Positions 41,281 through 56,600 of a stretch of DNA of 64,000 nt are shown piece after piece. Within the stretch, counting starts at the first letter, position 1. Every line of letters starts with the position of its first letter. Source of the stretch: Eledone cirrhosa (taxonomy: Eukaryota); assembly GCA_964016885.1 (NCBI GenBank), contig OZ024740.1:111600001-111664000 (forward strand), in the 5' to 3' direction. A program made the position numbers and the translations under genes. Below the pieces are notes generated by a model. That model saw nothing but the letters and a program-made list of their open reading frames with translations, did not search any database and was not told where the DNA came from.

Positions 41281-43130
41281 GTTATAATAATGTTATAATA
41301 ATGTTATAATAATGTTATAATAATGTTATAATAATGTTATAATAATGTTATAATAATGTTATAATGATGTTATAATAATGTTATAATAATGTTATAATAA
41401 TGTTATAATAATGTTATAATAATGTTATAATAATGTTATAATAATGTTATAATAATGTTATAATGATGTTATAATAATGTTATAATGATGTTATAATAAT
41501 GTTATAATAATGTTATAATAATGTTATAATAATGTTATAATAATGTTATAATGATGTTATAATTGTGTTATAATAATGTTATAATAATGTTATAATGATG
41601 TTATAATTGTGTTATAATAATGTTATAATAATGTTATAATAATGTTATAATGATGTTATAATAATGTTATAATAATGTTATAATGATGTTATACTAATGT
41701 TATAATGATGTTATAATTGTATTATAATAATGTTATAATAATGTTATAATAATGTTATAATAATGTTATAATAATGTTATAATGATGTTATAATAATGTT
41801 ATAATAATGTTATAATAATGTTATAATAATGTTATAATGATGTTATAATAATGTTATAATAATGTTATAATAATGTTATAATAATGTTATAATAATGTTA
41901 TAATAATGTTATAATAATGTTATAATGATGTTATAATAATGTTATAATAATGTTATAATGATGTTATAATAATGTTATAATAATGTTATAATAATGTTAT
42001 AATAATGTTATAATAATGTTATAATGATGTTATAATAATGTTATAATAATGTTATAATAATGTTATAATAATGTTATAATAATGTTATAATAATGTTATA
42101 ATAATGTTATAATGATGTTATAATAATGTTATAATGATGTTATAATAATGTTATAATGATGTTATAATAATGTTATAATAATGTTATAATAATGTTATAA
42201 TAATGTTATAATAATGTTATAATAATGTTATAATGATGTTATACTAATGTTATAATGATGTTATAATAATGTTATAATAATGTTATAATGATGTTATAGT
42301 AATGTTATAATTATGTTATAATGATGTTATAATAATGTTATAATAATGTTATAATAATGTTATAATAATGTTATAATAATGTTATAATGATGTTATAATA
42401 ATGTTATAATTATGTTATAATGATGTTATAATAATGTTATAATAATGTTATAATAATGTTATAATAATGTTATATTAATGTTATAATAGTGTTATAATAA
42501 TGTTATAATAATGTTATAATGATGTTTTAATAATGTTATAATAATGTTATAATAATGTTATGATGATGTTATAATAATGTTATAATTATGTTATAATGAT
42601 ATTATAATAATGTTATAATAATGTTATAATAATGTTATAATAATGTTATAATAATGTTATAATGATGTTATAATAATGTTATAATTATGTTATAATGATG
42701 TTATAATAATGTTATAATAATGTTATAATAATATTATAATAATGTTATAATGATATTATAATAATGTTATAATAATGTTATAATAATGTTATAATAATGT
42801 TATAATAATGTTATAATGATGTTACAATAATGTTATAATAATGTTATAATAATGTTATAATGATGTTATAACAATGTTATAATAATGTTATAATAATGTT
42901 ATAATAATGTTATAATGATGTTATAATGATGTTATAATAATGTTATAATAATGTTAAATGATGTTATAATGATGTTATAATGATGTTATAATAATGTTAT
43001 AATCATTTTATAATAATGTTATAATAATGTTATAATAATGTTATAATGATGTTATAATAATGTTATAATAATGTTATAATAATGTTATAATAATGTTATA
43101 ATAATGTTATAATAATGTTATAATAATGTT
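41281..43130. repeat. 11-bp minisatellite (GTTATAATAAT / GTTATAATGAT), ~168 units
   Basis: Highly homogeneous tandem array. Confidence 0.95.
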
Positions 43131-43149
43131 ACAAGGGCAACAATAATAA

Positions 43150-43368
43150 TGATTTCTAGTATAGGCACAAGGTCAGTAATTTGGGGGAAGGGGAAAGTCG
43201 ATTAAATATGCTCTAGTACGTTACTGGTACTTTATTTTATCGTCCCCGTAAGGATGAAAGGCAAAGTTAACCTTGGCGGGATTTGAACTCAGACCATAAA
43301 AGGAACATAACTCTATGCTGCAAAGCATGGTGTCCGACTTTCTACCGATTATGCCTATCCTCCGCCCT
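43150..43368 (-). mobile_element. tRNA-derived SINE
   Basis: Reverse-orientation body AAGGATGAAAGGCAAAGTTAACCTTGGCGGGATTTGAACTCAG. Confidence 0.85.
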
Positions 43369-43484
43369 CGATAATGTTATGATGATGTTATGAAAATTAT
43401 TATTATTATTATTAACATTAGTAGTAGTAGTTATTGTTGTATTAGCAGCAGCAGCAGTAGTAGTAGTAGCAGCAACAACATCAT

Positions 43485-43555
<71 letters not shown>

Positions 43556-43944
43556 CCACCGTTGCATACATTTCTTTCCTCTATTTTTCATCATTACATC
43601 TGATATTTTGGTGGTGGGAGCCTGATAATCAATCTGCTTCTCATCGTTATCATCATTACCATCATCATTACCATCATCAGCACCACCACCATTAGCATCC
43701 GCACCATCCCAACGACCACCATCTCCACCACCACCATCAACACGACGTTGTCATTGTTGTTGATATTACCGTTGAAGGCATACGAAGGCCATAGGCTCTA
43801 CTGCATCCTCCACAGCAAATCAATAAAAAAACACATCGTTTTAGATATGTTTATGTTATTGTTGTAGCTGTTTTTATTGTTGTATTGTTGTTGTTGCTGT
43901 TGTAATGAAATACCGTCATTACTTCATTCTATTGACATACCCAT

Positions 43945-44595
<651 letters not shown>

Positions 44596-45173
44596 CCTGA
44601 AGATATTGAAAGATCGGGGATCACAAATGAATACAAATGGTTCCCCTGGGTTCGGCAAAGCAACGGAATGATGGAGGAGGAAGAGAAGAATTTAGGGTAA
44701 ATGATGAAGAAGAAAGATGGGTGGGGAATAGCGTGCGAGAACCAACAGAGTAGGGGTCCGAAAGAAGAAGTTGTTGGGTGGGGTGGCAGAAAATCTGACG
44801 TCTAAAGGAAGGAAACGTTCATCAGTAAATTAATAGGGTTGCCCCACCTATCAAACCTTTCGACTCTGCTCATTACACGGTCATAATTCATTTATTTAGA
44901 GACGCCATATTAATTTGTTATGTATGGCTCTCTTGATACCGGATTAAATGGCATACTGACTGACTTCAACATTGTATTACATTTAATGTAAGGCTGTGAA
45001 TTGGAAGGTTCGGTGGTGAAAAGATTTAAACGTGATTTTTGCTCCGGCTCTGACTCTGCTCTCTGAATTCAAATCATGCACAGGCTGGTCGGTTTTCCTT
45101 CCGTCTTTTTGGCTCGATAATTGATATATAATATGGAGGAGGTGGGCGTAAAAATATGCTAGAGCATGTTTGT

Positions 45174-45397
45174 TTAACCATTTAGCATTCATATTACTCT
45201 GTGTTTACTATTGTATTTCACAGAAAGGGCATTATTTTAGATAACTATCTCACATAATATCGAATCTACGAGATTTTATATTCATTTTGAGAACAATAAC
45301 TTAACATCAGTTTGAGCTGTCGGTTACAACCGGTTTGAACAGAAGACGGTGAGAGAATTCTGGCTGGGTATGGTTGGTTTAAACACTAAAGGGTTAA
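45174..45397. mobile_element. TTAA-flanked (piggyBac-type) MITE
   Basis: TTAA-CCATTTAGCATT...AACACTAAAGGG-TTAA. The duplicated flank at ~45620-45640 has the empty site with a single TTAA. Confidence 0.7.
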
Positions 45398-45704
45398 ACT
45401 TTTTGCGCTTTGAAATAAAATCCTACAATGGTCAACTTGATTTTCATAATTTTCAGATTGTTTGGTGAAGTATGAATACAGGAAAATGGATTTGTGCCGG
45501 CTCTGTCTCTCTGCTCCCTGAATTCAAATAATGCAGATGTTAGTCAATTTTGAATTTCTTCCTTTTTGGCTCGATAATTCATATATAATATAGTGAAGAA
45601 GCAGGTAAAATATGTTAGAGCTTGTTTGTTTAAACTTTCCGCGCTTTGAAATAGAATCCTGCAGCAGTCAACTTCGGTTTTTATAATTTTGAGATTGTTT
45701 AGGG

Positions 45705-45920
45705 AAGTGACTTGGCAGTATCGGTAGAGGGTCGGACGCCAAGCTTTGCAGCATAGAGTTACGGCCCTTTATGATCTGAGTTCAAATCCTGCCGAGGTTA
45801 AGTTTGCCTTTCATCCTTACGAGGTCAATGAAATAAAGTGCCAATCACGCACTGGGATCGATTTAATCGATTTCCCCCTCCCCTCAAAAATTGCTGGCTT
45901 TGTGCCTATATAAGAAACCA
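45705..45920 (+). mobile_element. tRNA-derived SINE
   Basis: Head TGGCAGTATCGGTAGAGGGTCGGACGCC and a B box. Flanking direct repeat ATAATTTTGAGAT(T/A)GTTTAG. Confidence 0.85.
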
Positions 45921-46470
45921 TAATTTTGAGATAGTTTAGTAAAGTATGAATAAAAGAAAAAGAATTTGAGAAAATTTTAAAACAACGGAAAATATACCTT
46001 GGGATATTTTTTCAAACTTTTGGTCAACTAATGTTGGGTTTCATCCTTTCCAAGACGACAAAATATATAGCAGGATTCGAAAGAAAGTGAACATATATTG
46101 CAGTATTCGTTCTGGATATCTGCGCTGAAAATTACTAATGTTACAGAGGATGTTGCAGAAAGTAGGAGTTGTGGCAGAACTCTATATAAACATGAAACAC
46201 GGCCTTTCATAATTTCGGTGTCAATAATATATATATTTATATATAATATATATATGGGATAACAAGTTATCGTTATAGGTAATCCACTTTGAGGTAGTCC
46301 AGTTAGAGTACTCCGTGTTGTGGATAGTTTTAACGTGTGGCTTAGTTTGACTCAACAAGACGCTTCCATAGTGATGTAGCGAGTTCGTCGTAATTTCTAT
46401 GCAGGTTATACTTGGAGTAATAATAATTAAAGAAAGAAGAGTAACATGGTTGGCTGTACAATAAGGGCTT

Positions 46471-46596
46471 TATTCACAGTGCTGACAATTGTTTCGTTGA
46501 TCTGGTGGGTCTAGAGTTCGCTAATCGCTTGCTACTGCGTCAATCGATCTCCAATACTTTGTTTACAACCAGTCAATACATCAGAGCGCGTGGATA
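46471..46596 (-). ncRNA. Degenerate hammerhead with extended helix II in a probable pLTR remnant
   Basis: GCT-CTGATGT-ATTGACTGGT...ACCAGATCAAC-GAAAC-AATT-GTC-AGC, with one core substitution. Confidence 0.45.
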
Positions 46597-47036
46597 TGAG
46601 AATAATACACAAGGCATGGCTTTTAAAGAAGAGTGGTGTTAAACCAAAACAATAACATCAATAACAAAAGGGAGTGTATAGAGATTTATAGTTCTATGGT
46701 GTGTATGTGTGTCTGTGTGTGTAAATATAATGTGTACGGCGGGATTAGCTTCGCGTTTCAACCTTATGGATTCCATAAAATAAAGCTCCAGTAGAGCACA
46801 GGGAACAATTTAATGGGATTTTCCTCTTCCTTTCTAATTGCTGGCCTTGTGCCAAATGCAGAAACAATTAATTATATATATATAATATGTATATTATTAT
46901 ACAAGAAGAGGTTATGAGTAATCTGTATCGTGAAGGGTTTTAACGTACGGCGTTGTTTGACTCAACAAGAATTTTCCTTAGTTATTGCGTACGGTGGCCG
47001 ATTTCGGACAGTTCGTAGGTAAGTAGTTCCTGGAGT

Positions 47037-47123
<87 letters not shown>

Positions 47124-47220
47124 CAAAGGAATTGTGGTAAGGAACCAGATGGACCATAACTCACCAGAGTACTCAATACTTAGGGTAGTAGAGTGGGAAA
47201 TAGCAAAAAGTACTTTTTCC

Positions 47221-47285
<65 letters not shown>

Positions 47286-47319
47286 ATCTATGTATGTATG
47301 TATGTGTGTGTGCGTGCGT

Positions 47320-47382
<63 letters not shown>

Positions 47383-47638
47383 TAAAAATAAATCAATATA
47401 TGCACACATATACAGAGATACATAAGGTTCACATACAAACACCCACTTTCGTACACTTTCGTACGATCATACATATATACATACCGAGGTAAATGCATTG
47501 ACACAAAATATATTCTCGGGGTATTTCTATTTAGGTATGGGTTTAATATATATATATATATATATAAATATATATATATGTGTGTGTATATATATGTATA
47601 TATATTTATATATATATATGTGTGTGTATATATATACA

Positions 47639-47671
<33 letters not shown>

Positions 47672-48078
47672 GCGCACGCGTATATATATATGACATGTCA
47701 ATGAAGGGGACAAGAGATGCGTGACTTTACATGCGATTATTTACAAAATTCCTTGATACAAACTGAAATAATGAGGAAGGCTTGGACACTTGAATGTATA
47801 TTAACCCTTTAAAATATTTTCTGGGATTTCCTCATTTGTTTCCGAGGAATTCCGATCACAACCTGACCTGACATGTCAAAAAATATCTATATCCCTACCA
47901 CGGGTCATTAGTGTCTATTGCCTATTGCTTACTGCTTATAGCCTACCTATCCACCCTGACAGACAGGGGAACAGACATGAAAAAAGCAACATTTAATGCC
48001 TCGGGCGAATGTCATCGAATGAATATTTGCCACAAATAACTACTGCTTGAACACACACCTACATTTACACAGGAGCAG

Positions 48079-48134
<56 letters not shown>

Positions 48135-48669
48135 TCAGACACACGCACACACAAACTTACATAACAAGCCCTATAATAGAGTCTCCAGTCAATGCCTCGT
48201 TATGTGGCCTGAAGCATGACATATGCATTTATTTTTGTGTGTATATACATGTATATATGTTTGGTATGTACCTATGTGTGTGTAATGAGTTTTTTGCAGT
48301 TATTGACATCTACGGAAATACATGTCATGGCGAAAATTCTGCAATTCACCGTCGCTTTTACTTAGCATTTTTTTCTGTTACATGTTGTACCAGTTTGTTC
48401 ATACATACATACATATATATATATGTGTGTGTGTGTGTGGTGTGTGTCCATATCCGGTGGTGAAGTGACAGTATTATTAAAAGGACGCATTGAATGCTTT
48501 GCGGACTTTATTCCGATTCTCGGACATCTGTGTTCAAATCTCACTGTGCTCAATCTAGCCTTTCATCCATTTAGGGTCGATAAAGAAAGTACCAGCTCAA
48601 TAATATCGTCGATTCTTTCCCTCCTTTTCTCTTTCTCTCTATCTTTCTCTCTGTCTGTCCCACTTCTCC

Positions 48670-48751
<82 letters not shown>

Positions 48752-49259
48752 CTCTCTCTCTCTCTCCATACATTGGCTTTGCCAGGTTTAACTGTCCAAG
48801 ATACACTATATATAATGGCAGCGTCCCCGTGACTCCATAAGGGGGTCCAAAGCATGGCATATATTTGTTTGTGTGTATTTATGCGTATTGATGACGAGCC
48901 ATCTATGTAAGCAATGTATGCAGTGCCCAATTAAAAAACTATAAATATTATTTATCAGATATGAAGACTACATTACAAACTTGCCAATTCAAGTCATGGG
49001 TTTCAATGTACACGTCACTAAATAGTTAATATTTTGTAGAATTTCGCCAAATTGTTGACCCCGAATATACTTCGCCGATGAGATCTAAGTTGTTTTCACC
49101 AACTTTACCAGTGTTACTTCTAAAACTGTTCAAATTATTTTGGATCAACAGGGACCCGCTTGATTCTCTGGATTTCAACGCACCCGAAGAAAAATTTCGG
49201 TCTTGAAACTGCGAGGGAAATTTCACTTGCATAAAGTTTTTCCAATAATAATATTTAGC

Positions 49260-49329
<70 letters not shown>

Positions 49330-49370
49330 ATTCACAAACTATATATATGTATATATATATATATATATAT

Positions 49371-49807
49371 ATCAATAATATTAATAAATGGAAACTATCT
49401 TTATAAAACCATATTTATTTTATTATATATATTTCAAGGGTACCAAAATTTTGGCACGCCCTCATCAGATAAAATACAAAAATTGTTTTACAGACAGTGA
49501 CATATTCAAAAACAAGAACTCATCGTTTTAAGTTCTGTTTGAATAGAACTTAAATAGAACTTAAAACGATAAGATCTTGTTTTTAAACATGTCACTATCT
49601 GTAAACCAACTTTTGTATTTTATCAGATGAGTGCGTGCCAAAATGTTGGTATCCTTGAAATATATATAATAAAATAAATATGATTTTATAAACATAGTTT
49701 CCATTTATTAATATTATTGATATTATACTCCAGAAGAATACTGTAGAGTGCTTCGAATCTGTAATAAATAAATTTGTTGAATAGCCAACAAATTAAATAA
49801 CTCTTTG

Positions 49808-49810
<3 letters not shown>
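49371..49810. mobile_element. Foldback family A, copy 3, in (TA)n
   Basis: Palindrome at 49372-49720 plus tail. Intact CTGATGA...GAAA core on the minus arm (~49416-49476); CAGATGA on the plus arm. Confidence 0.75.
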
Positions 49811-49900
<90 letters not shown>

Positions 49901-49976
49901 GGGAGAGGAAATGGTGTATATATATTATCAAATGAGTCTATGGACATACTTTATCGTATATATATATATATATATA

Positions 49977-50711
49977 TAAAACATGGGGAGAAAGAACAAA
50001 ACTGCGTGGTTGCACATGGGTTACATATTATAAAATTAGCCCCTCATCAGTGATTTGCCAACCATCATTGGTATTTCATCGCATTAAAAATCAAATACCT
50101 CAGGTTGGTGCGAGCAATAACTAAAATAAGCTATTGGGACAAGTGAATCGCGTAAAGCGAGTGAGACAAGTAAACAACATAGAAGGAAAAGCAAACCGAA
50201 GGTAGGAAAAAAGCAAGCAGCATGATGATTATTCGATTAGCATAATCTGGGTGAATTTCATGAGCGGTCAGAAAACAGACCGTCCGACGTGAATGAGATG
50301 TGAGAAAGAAAGAATCCCACTATTAACGAAAGGGAGGAAGTGAGAAGGGGAGAAACAGAGAGTGAGTGAGTGGAAGTGCGAGGAAGAGGTCAGTCGAGAG
50401 AAAGTGTAACTGACAGAGGGGGCGAAAGAAGGTGAGAGAAACAGAGAGAACGGGGGAGCAGAAAGAGAGAAACAAACAATCGCAGTCGAGGTAAATATGT
50501 ATAAAAAACATGGGAAGAAAGAAGAAAACTGCGTGGTTGCACAGGGGTTACATATTATAAAATTAGTCCCTCATCAGTGATTTGCCAACCGTCATTGGTA
50601 TTTCATCGCATTAAAAATCATATATCTCAGGTTGGTGCGAGCAATAACTAAAATAAGCTATTGGGACAAGTGAATCGCGTAAAGCGAGTGAGACAAGTAA
50701 ACAACATAGAA

Positions 50712-50712
<1 letters not shown>
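49977..50712. mobile_element. Short element with ~208-bp direct terminal repeats in (TA)n (pLTR/retrozyme- or TRIM-like)
   Basis: 49977-50185 and 50503-50712 are near-identical. Each has a minus-strand CTGATGA-GGG..CCC stem but lacks an intact GAAA. Confidence 0.6.
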
Positions 50713-50791
<79 letters not shown>

Positions 50792-51820
50792 ATTTGTATT
50801 AATCTCCCGAGTCGTACAATGAACCTGTTAATAATTCTATTGACATATTAATTGCATAAGTGTATTTTAAAAACTGCCTGGTTGAGTGCTTATTCCATTT
50901 GTGCTATCTATGCAATTTTTTGCATGATATACACATACTGAATTCATTTGCCAAAATCTGGGGTTTTTTCCCCTTGTGAATTACACATGTGCTTTTACAA
51001 AGTTCTACGTCATTCACAAAGTTGGTGCAGAGCAAAATACCTATTGATAACGTGATATTCCTTGTTCGATCATTATGCTAAAAGCTTATAGTTTTAAGCA
51101 GACAGTATTATTGATTTAGGTGTCATAGAAACTCTGCATATGGATTATACCATCAATTCCATTGGGTCCAGGTCTGTTTTTATCATTTATTTTGTTTGAC
51201 CTGTTTAGCTTGATTTGTTTTTTGGCTTAGGTGGTTAATGCCTTCTTGACCACTTTTCCAGTTTGTATGGCGTTTTAACATATTGTTTAGCTCTAGTTTT
51301 TAACTGTTGGAGCGCTTGCCAGCATAACTACGATTTTGCGTTTCGTTGCATTTATATTTATATGTATATATATATATATATTTTATATACATATAAATAA
51401 ATAAATATATATATATATATATATATACTTAGGTATATGTGTGCATGTATCTGCTATTATTTGTTTGTACTCCAAACACCGTTGAGAGAAAAAGGGCTAA
51501 AGTGAACGGCTATTTCTAGCGACCCCTTTTGCTTGCCAACAGTCCATTTATTACTTCCCTTCTTGTGAACCAGGTGATAGTTTTCACTTCCGAAAGAGAC
51601 TACGATCACAGATACTCACTCAAAATTTATCCCGGTAAGAGAAGGTTCCCTGAGGAGTCCTATCTCCCGAGTCTGTATACTAAAATATTAGAGTGTTATT
51701 CGGCTGGCCATGTAGGATGAAACTGCTGTAGGAACAAAGAAGTTTTGAGGTAACATTTTTTTTTGTCTTATTTACTTTACTTTACCGACTATTAATTATA
51801 TATATATATACGTGTGGTTT

Positions 51821-51888
<68 letters not shown>

Positions 51889-51900
51889 TGTGTCTGTGCC

Positions 51901-51934
<34 letters not shown>

Positions 51935-52212
51935 CATGTGTACAAACTACTCAATTTTCTGTTATTGGGTATCTTTATAAACATAATGTACAATAGAAAC
52001 AATAAACATACGAGTGAATAATATATTCAAAGAATGTGAGTTCAAACAGCGCAGATAATCTTCTACATTTTCTTGTTCGTCTTCTCTTTCAGTATTCATT
52101 AAACTTTTCAGTACCATATTTTTAATGAAAGATATTACCAATCTGTTTTAAGTAATTTTTATAATAATCAAGAATTTGGATTGATAGAGAAACTTTCTGA
52201 CTATTATTCTAG

Positions 52213-52425
52213 ATTAGCAGTATCGATAGAGCGTTGGACATACTTTGCAATATAGAGTTGCGGCCCTTTACGTTCTGAGTTCAAATCCCGCTGAAGTTAG
52301 CTTTGCATTTCATCCTTACGCGGGTCGATAAAATAAGCACCAGTAATGCACTGGGGTCGATTTAATTGAATCGACGAACACTCGCCTCCCAAAACTTTGC
52401 TGGCCTTGTGCCTATACTATAAATC
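52213..52425 (+). mobile_element. tRNA-derived SINE
   Basis: B box GAGTTCAAATCC and body TTTCATCCTTACGCGGGTCGATAAAATAAG. Confidence 0.8.
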
Positions 52426-53674
52426 ATTATTAATCTAGTATTTGGATCATGAGTTATCAAAGGGCCTTTCATGAGATTATCATGGCAGGTTTTTAGATAG
52501 ATATAATACGGTTTCAGGCGTGTCGGTATCAAAAGGCTTAAGAAATAATCCTCTATACAAGAGATGTTGTCCACTTATCACTGACCAGTCCTCTCTCATC
52601 ATTACCTCCTATTTATATCTAAGACAAGAATATCCCTAAATCTAACAATGCATTTAGCTAGATCTTCATAAGCTTGGGATATGTGTGTCTTCCATAGTGT
52701 TACAGCTACAGCAAAATAGAATTCTGTAGCCCTATATGGGTGTGCAAATATGTATGTGTGTGTGTGTGTGTGTGTGTGCTTGTTTGTGTGCATCTGTGTG
52801 AATGTGTGTGCGTATGCTTTTGTTTGTGTGCGTGTGTATGTGTGTGTTTTTGTTTGAGTGCACGTGAGTGTGTGCGTGCGCGTGTGTTTATGTGTGTGTA
52901 TCTGAATGTGCGATTTAGAGGAGTGGTCAGTAAAATGTTTGTTTGTGTGCGTGTGCATATGCCCTTGTGAGTGTGTTAGTGTGTGTATGTTAATGTGTGT
53001 GTGTGTGTGAGTGTGTGAATATATATGTTTGTGGGTGTATGCGAGTGTGTGATTTAAAAGAGTGGTCAGTAATGTTTGTTCGTTTCAAAGCATGTCTTAT
53101 CAAAGTGAATCTCTGTGAACGTGAAATGCTATTACCGGTGTTCTCTCTTGTAATTAACTGTCGTTATTCTTGTTATGTTTTATATTTAGCTACATATGTT
53201 TTCTGAAACGTGAACATCAAATGTAATGCCATGAAGATAGTGATGTCCAGCATTCTCCTCTTTTGCCATTGCTTCTGTTAATGTCCAGACGTCATTACTC
53301 CTGAACAGAACTGCTTCGAAGTTTAACTCTTCTGTTAATGTTCCTACTACTGTCCAAACCTCATTATAATGCAACAAAACCGTTTCGATATCTGTCCATA
53401 CCACACTACTGTACAACAGATCTTTTTCCATGCCTCTCATTGTCCACATCTCACTACTATACAACAGAACTATCTCAATATGTGTTATAGCCCTCATCTC
53501 ATTACGATACGAGATAATTTTCAGAGAATCTACGTGAGATTTCAAATAGTGTACATCAACTAAATTTTACTTACCGTAGAATCGAACTTCTTAACCATTT
53601 AGCCATGCCAGGGACAAATCATTAGACGAATCGATGGATAGATAGAAAGGTAGATAGATAGATAGATAGATATG

Positions 53675-56600
53675 TTTCTTTATTAGACACAAAAGAAGGG
53701 GACAAATACAAAGAGGGAAGTTTACATACAATAAAAACGTGTAAAATACTATCACAAATGCAATTTAAAAATTAATCGATTTTCCCCAATAGGGGGAGAC
53801 ATTACATATGGGTAACACATACCTCCGAAAAAAAATGTGCAACCCTTATCTCCAGGAGTAGGAAGAGTGAGATCCCCTTTCCTCTCTTCCTCTTTTTCCA
53901 CAACCTACAGGCTGATATAGAGAGAAGGCCCATTCACTCGGGCCATTCTCGCCACTTTCACCCACCTTTCATAAAACTTGCTGGGGTACAGCACCTCTCT
54001 CTCAATCCTGATTCTTCTTCCAAAGTGGAATTTGAAAAAAAGAATCAGTTGTTGGCCGGAGAGAAAGGTGTCTGACCTCAGCCCTTTTAACCTCGTCCAC
54101 CATACAACCTCTTTTGCCATAGCTATCACACAAAGGAAAACTGCCTCTCCTTCGTTTTTGAAGGAGGGTGGCGGTTTGATAATGACAATGGACTCGGTGG
54201 TAAACCGCATTGGTCCCACCCGCGACAATAGTCGTTCTACATACCCCCACAGGTCGGTTACGCCCGGGCAGTGTACGAATGTGTGCGCAACGGTTTCTTT
54301 GTCTCGCACGCATCTCAGACAGATCTTTTTCGAAGGGTCCCTGCCCGAGCGCCCATGTCTGTAGAGCTTGTCTCCTGTGCCAGTCACCTATTTTCCTCGA
54401 TCTTTGCTTGACCCAGGACAGCAGCTCGGTCAGCGAGACGAGTCGTGGGGAGGCTCGCCTCACGAAGGGGGTTCACACCGGTTGTCCGGTGAGGAATACG
54501 TGGAGGTGCGCAGCCTGAGCGCGTGTTTGCACATCGTCAGCCACGGCATCCCCAGCCCTCCGTTTGAAGGGTGTTGGCAGCAGATGGATCTTCTCACCAA
54601 AGGAGCTCGTTTCTCCCAAAGGAATTGGAAGAGCGCGCGCTCCATTTTGGTGAGGGTTTTGACTGGACAAGGCACCATGTTCAAGCGGTAGTAGATGACG
54701 GACGCTATAAAAGTGTTCGCCACCCCCGCTCGACCTTTCAAGGATAGTTTGCACTCGGCCCACTCCTGGATGAGCGCAAACACCTTGGCCAAAACCTCGT
54801 TCCAGTTCTTCTCCACCTGGAGGTCTTGACCAAACCAGACCCGAGCAGCTTCACCGGTCCTTCGGTCCAGCGTCCGACGACGCCATCGGAAGGCATCGGT
54901 TTGCCTCTCCACGATCCGAGTTGCAAACCGAAGGGCTTGTCCCGGTTCAGCTTCGCTCCTGTGAACCTTTCGTATTCCTACAGTAAGGTGCCAACTTCCT
55001 CGATTTGCGAGGTGCTCGACACCATTACTGTCGTGTCGTTGGCATACGCCGAATCCGCTTTCCACAGTCCCGGTTCTAGAGGGATGCCCTGCAATAGCTC
55101 CAACTTCCTTAGTAGTAGCTCGAGAGTCAGTACTTACAGAAGGGAGAAGAGAGGGAATAACTGTCGAAGGGATCGCGTGATATGGAACGGCTCCGAGAAG
55201 TAGCCGTTCACCTTGACCCTTGAGCAGATGTTGCTGTTGTGCCTTGGAGCAATCCAGCCCCTGAACACGAGTCCGAAGCCTGCCGCTTCGAGCACCGCAT
55301 CCAGGTAACGATGGTCAACCCTATCGAAAGCCTTAAACTGATCCAAGTTGATCAGGGCCACACCGAAGCCGGGTTTAGACCCTACCCTCTCTATGATGTA
55401 TCGCATGAGGTGGAGGTTGTTGTGTTTGGACCTGGTCGGGATTGCGCATGTCTGCGCTTCTCCCACCAGGTTTTCGACGACAAGAGCCAGCCTCTTTGCC
55501 AACACCTTGGCCAAAATCTATAACTCTGTGTTTAGCAGAGTTATGGGCCGGAAGTTGCCTATGTCATCCCCCTTATACTCGTCCTTCCTGACTAGTGTGA
55601 CTATGCCCCTGGTCACAGAACTGGGAATACTCCCGTTCTGTTGCCAGTTGCAGTAGATCGTTTCCAGGAGACCGGAAAACAAGTCCGGCATCGCTACGTA
55701 AAATTTGTAGAGTACACCGTCGAGACCTGGAGATTTGCGTTTGCCGCATTGGCTCAGCGCGTCCCCTATCTCAGCGGCTGAGATCGGCGTTTCGCAGAAA
55801 TTCGCCTCGATGTCCGAGAGTCGCGGTAGGTCGTCGAAGTATGGACCGAAATCCATAGACCCTCCCGGCGCGCCGCCCTGCCCGAACAGCTGAGCAAAGT
55901 GCCGCTGAAAGGCCGCGCACATCTGCTTCGGTTCACGTATCACGCGTCCGTCTTGGTCCTTCAAAGACAGAATCGTTGACTTGTTGCCACTTTTCGCCTC
56001 CGTCACTCGGGCCCAGCTAATAGCTTTGGCTCCCTCGTTACCCAGAGCACGTATTTTGCTTCTGATAACGCAGCCCTCGTGCTTTGCGTCGAAGAACTGG
56101 TCCCAGCCCGTTCTCGTTGCTAGCACGCTGGCAACGTTGCCACTTCTAATTGCCTCTTCTACTTTATCTACCAGTTCCTTCTCTGTCCTATTTCTATCTA
56201 ACGCTAATTTTTTACTAAAAACTAACGAGTCTAATCTAACTGCCCTCTTGAGCGAGTACCACCATCTGTTGTTGACAATGGCCCCTGTCAAGTGCTGTTT
56301 AACTAAAGTGCTAATCCGTCTATGGTAGGCTTTGCATGTCGGTAACGACAAGTTCAGCTTCCAGTAGCCGGGTCCTTGTCTATGGGTTCTATCAAGGTTG
56401 ACCATGCAGGTCACTAGTTTGTGATCTGAATAGGCAACCATGAACATTTGTGGACAGCTTAACATATCCCTATCCTTATTTCTAACTAGAACCCTATCTA
56501 GTTACGATCTAGATGTTCCGCTAACATTAGTCCACGTCCACAGTGGCACAGTCGGAAAATCTAGTCGATATCTATCGGCCAGGTCAAATCGGCCGATTAA

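Noticed and set aside
41281-43130. Possible telomeric repeat or CRISPR-like array
   Set aside because: No G-rich telomere motif and no unique spacers; this is a simple eukaryotic minisatellite.
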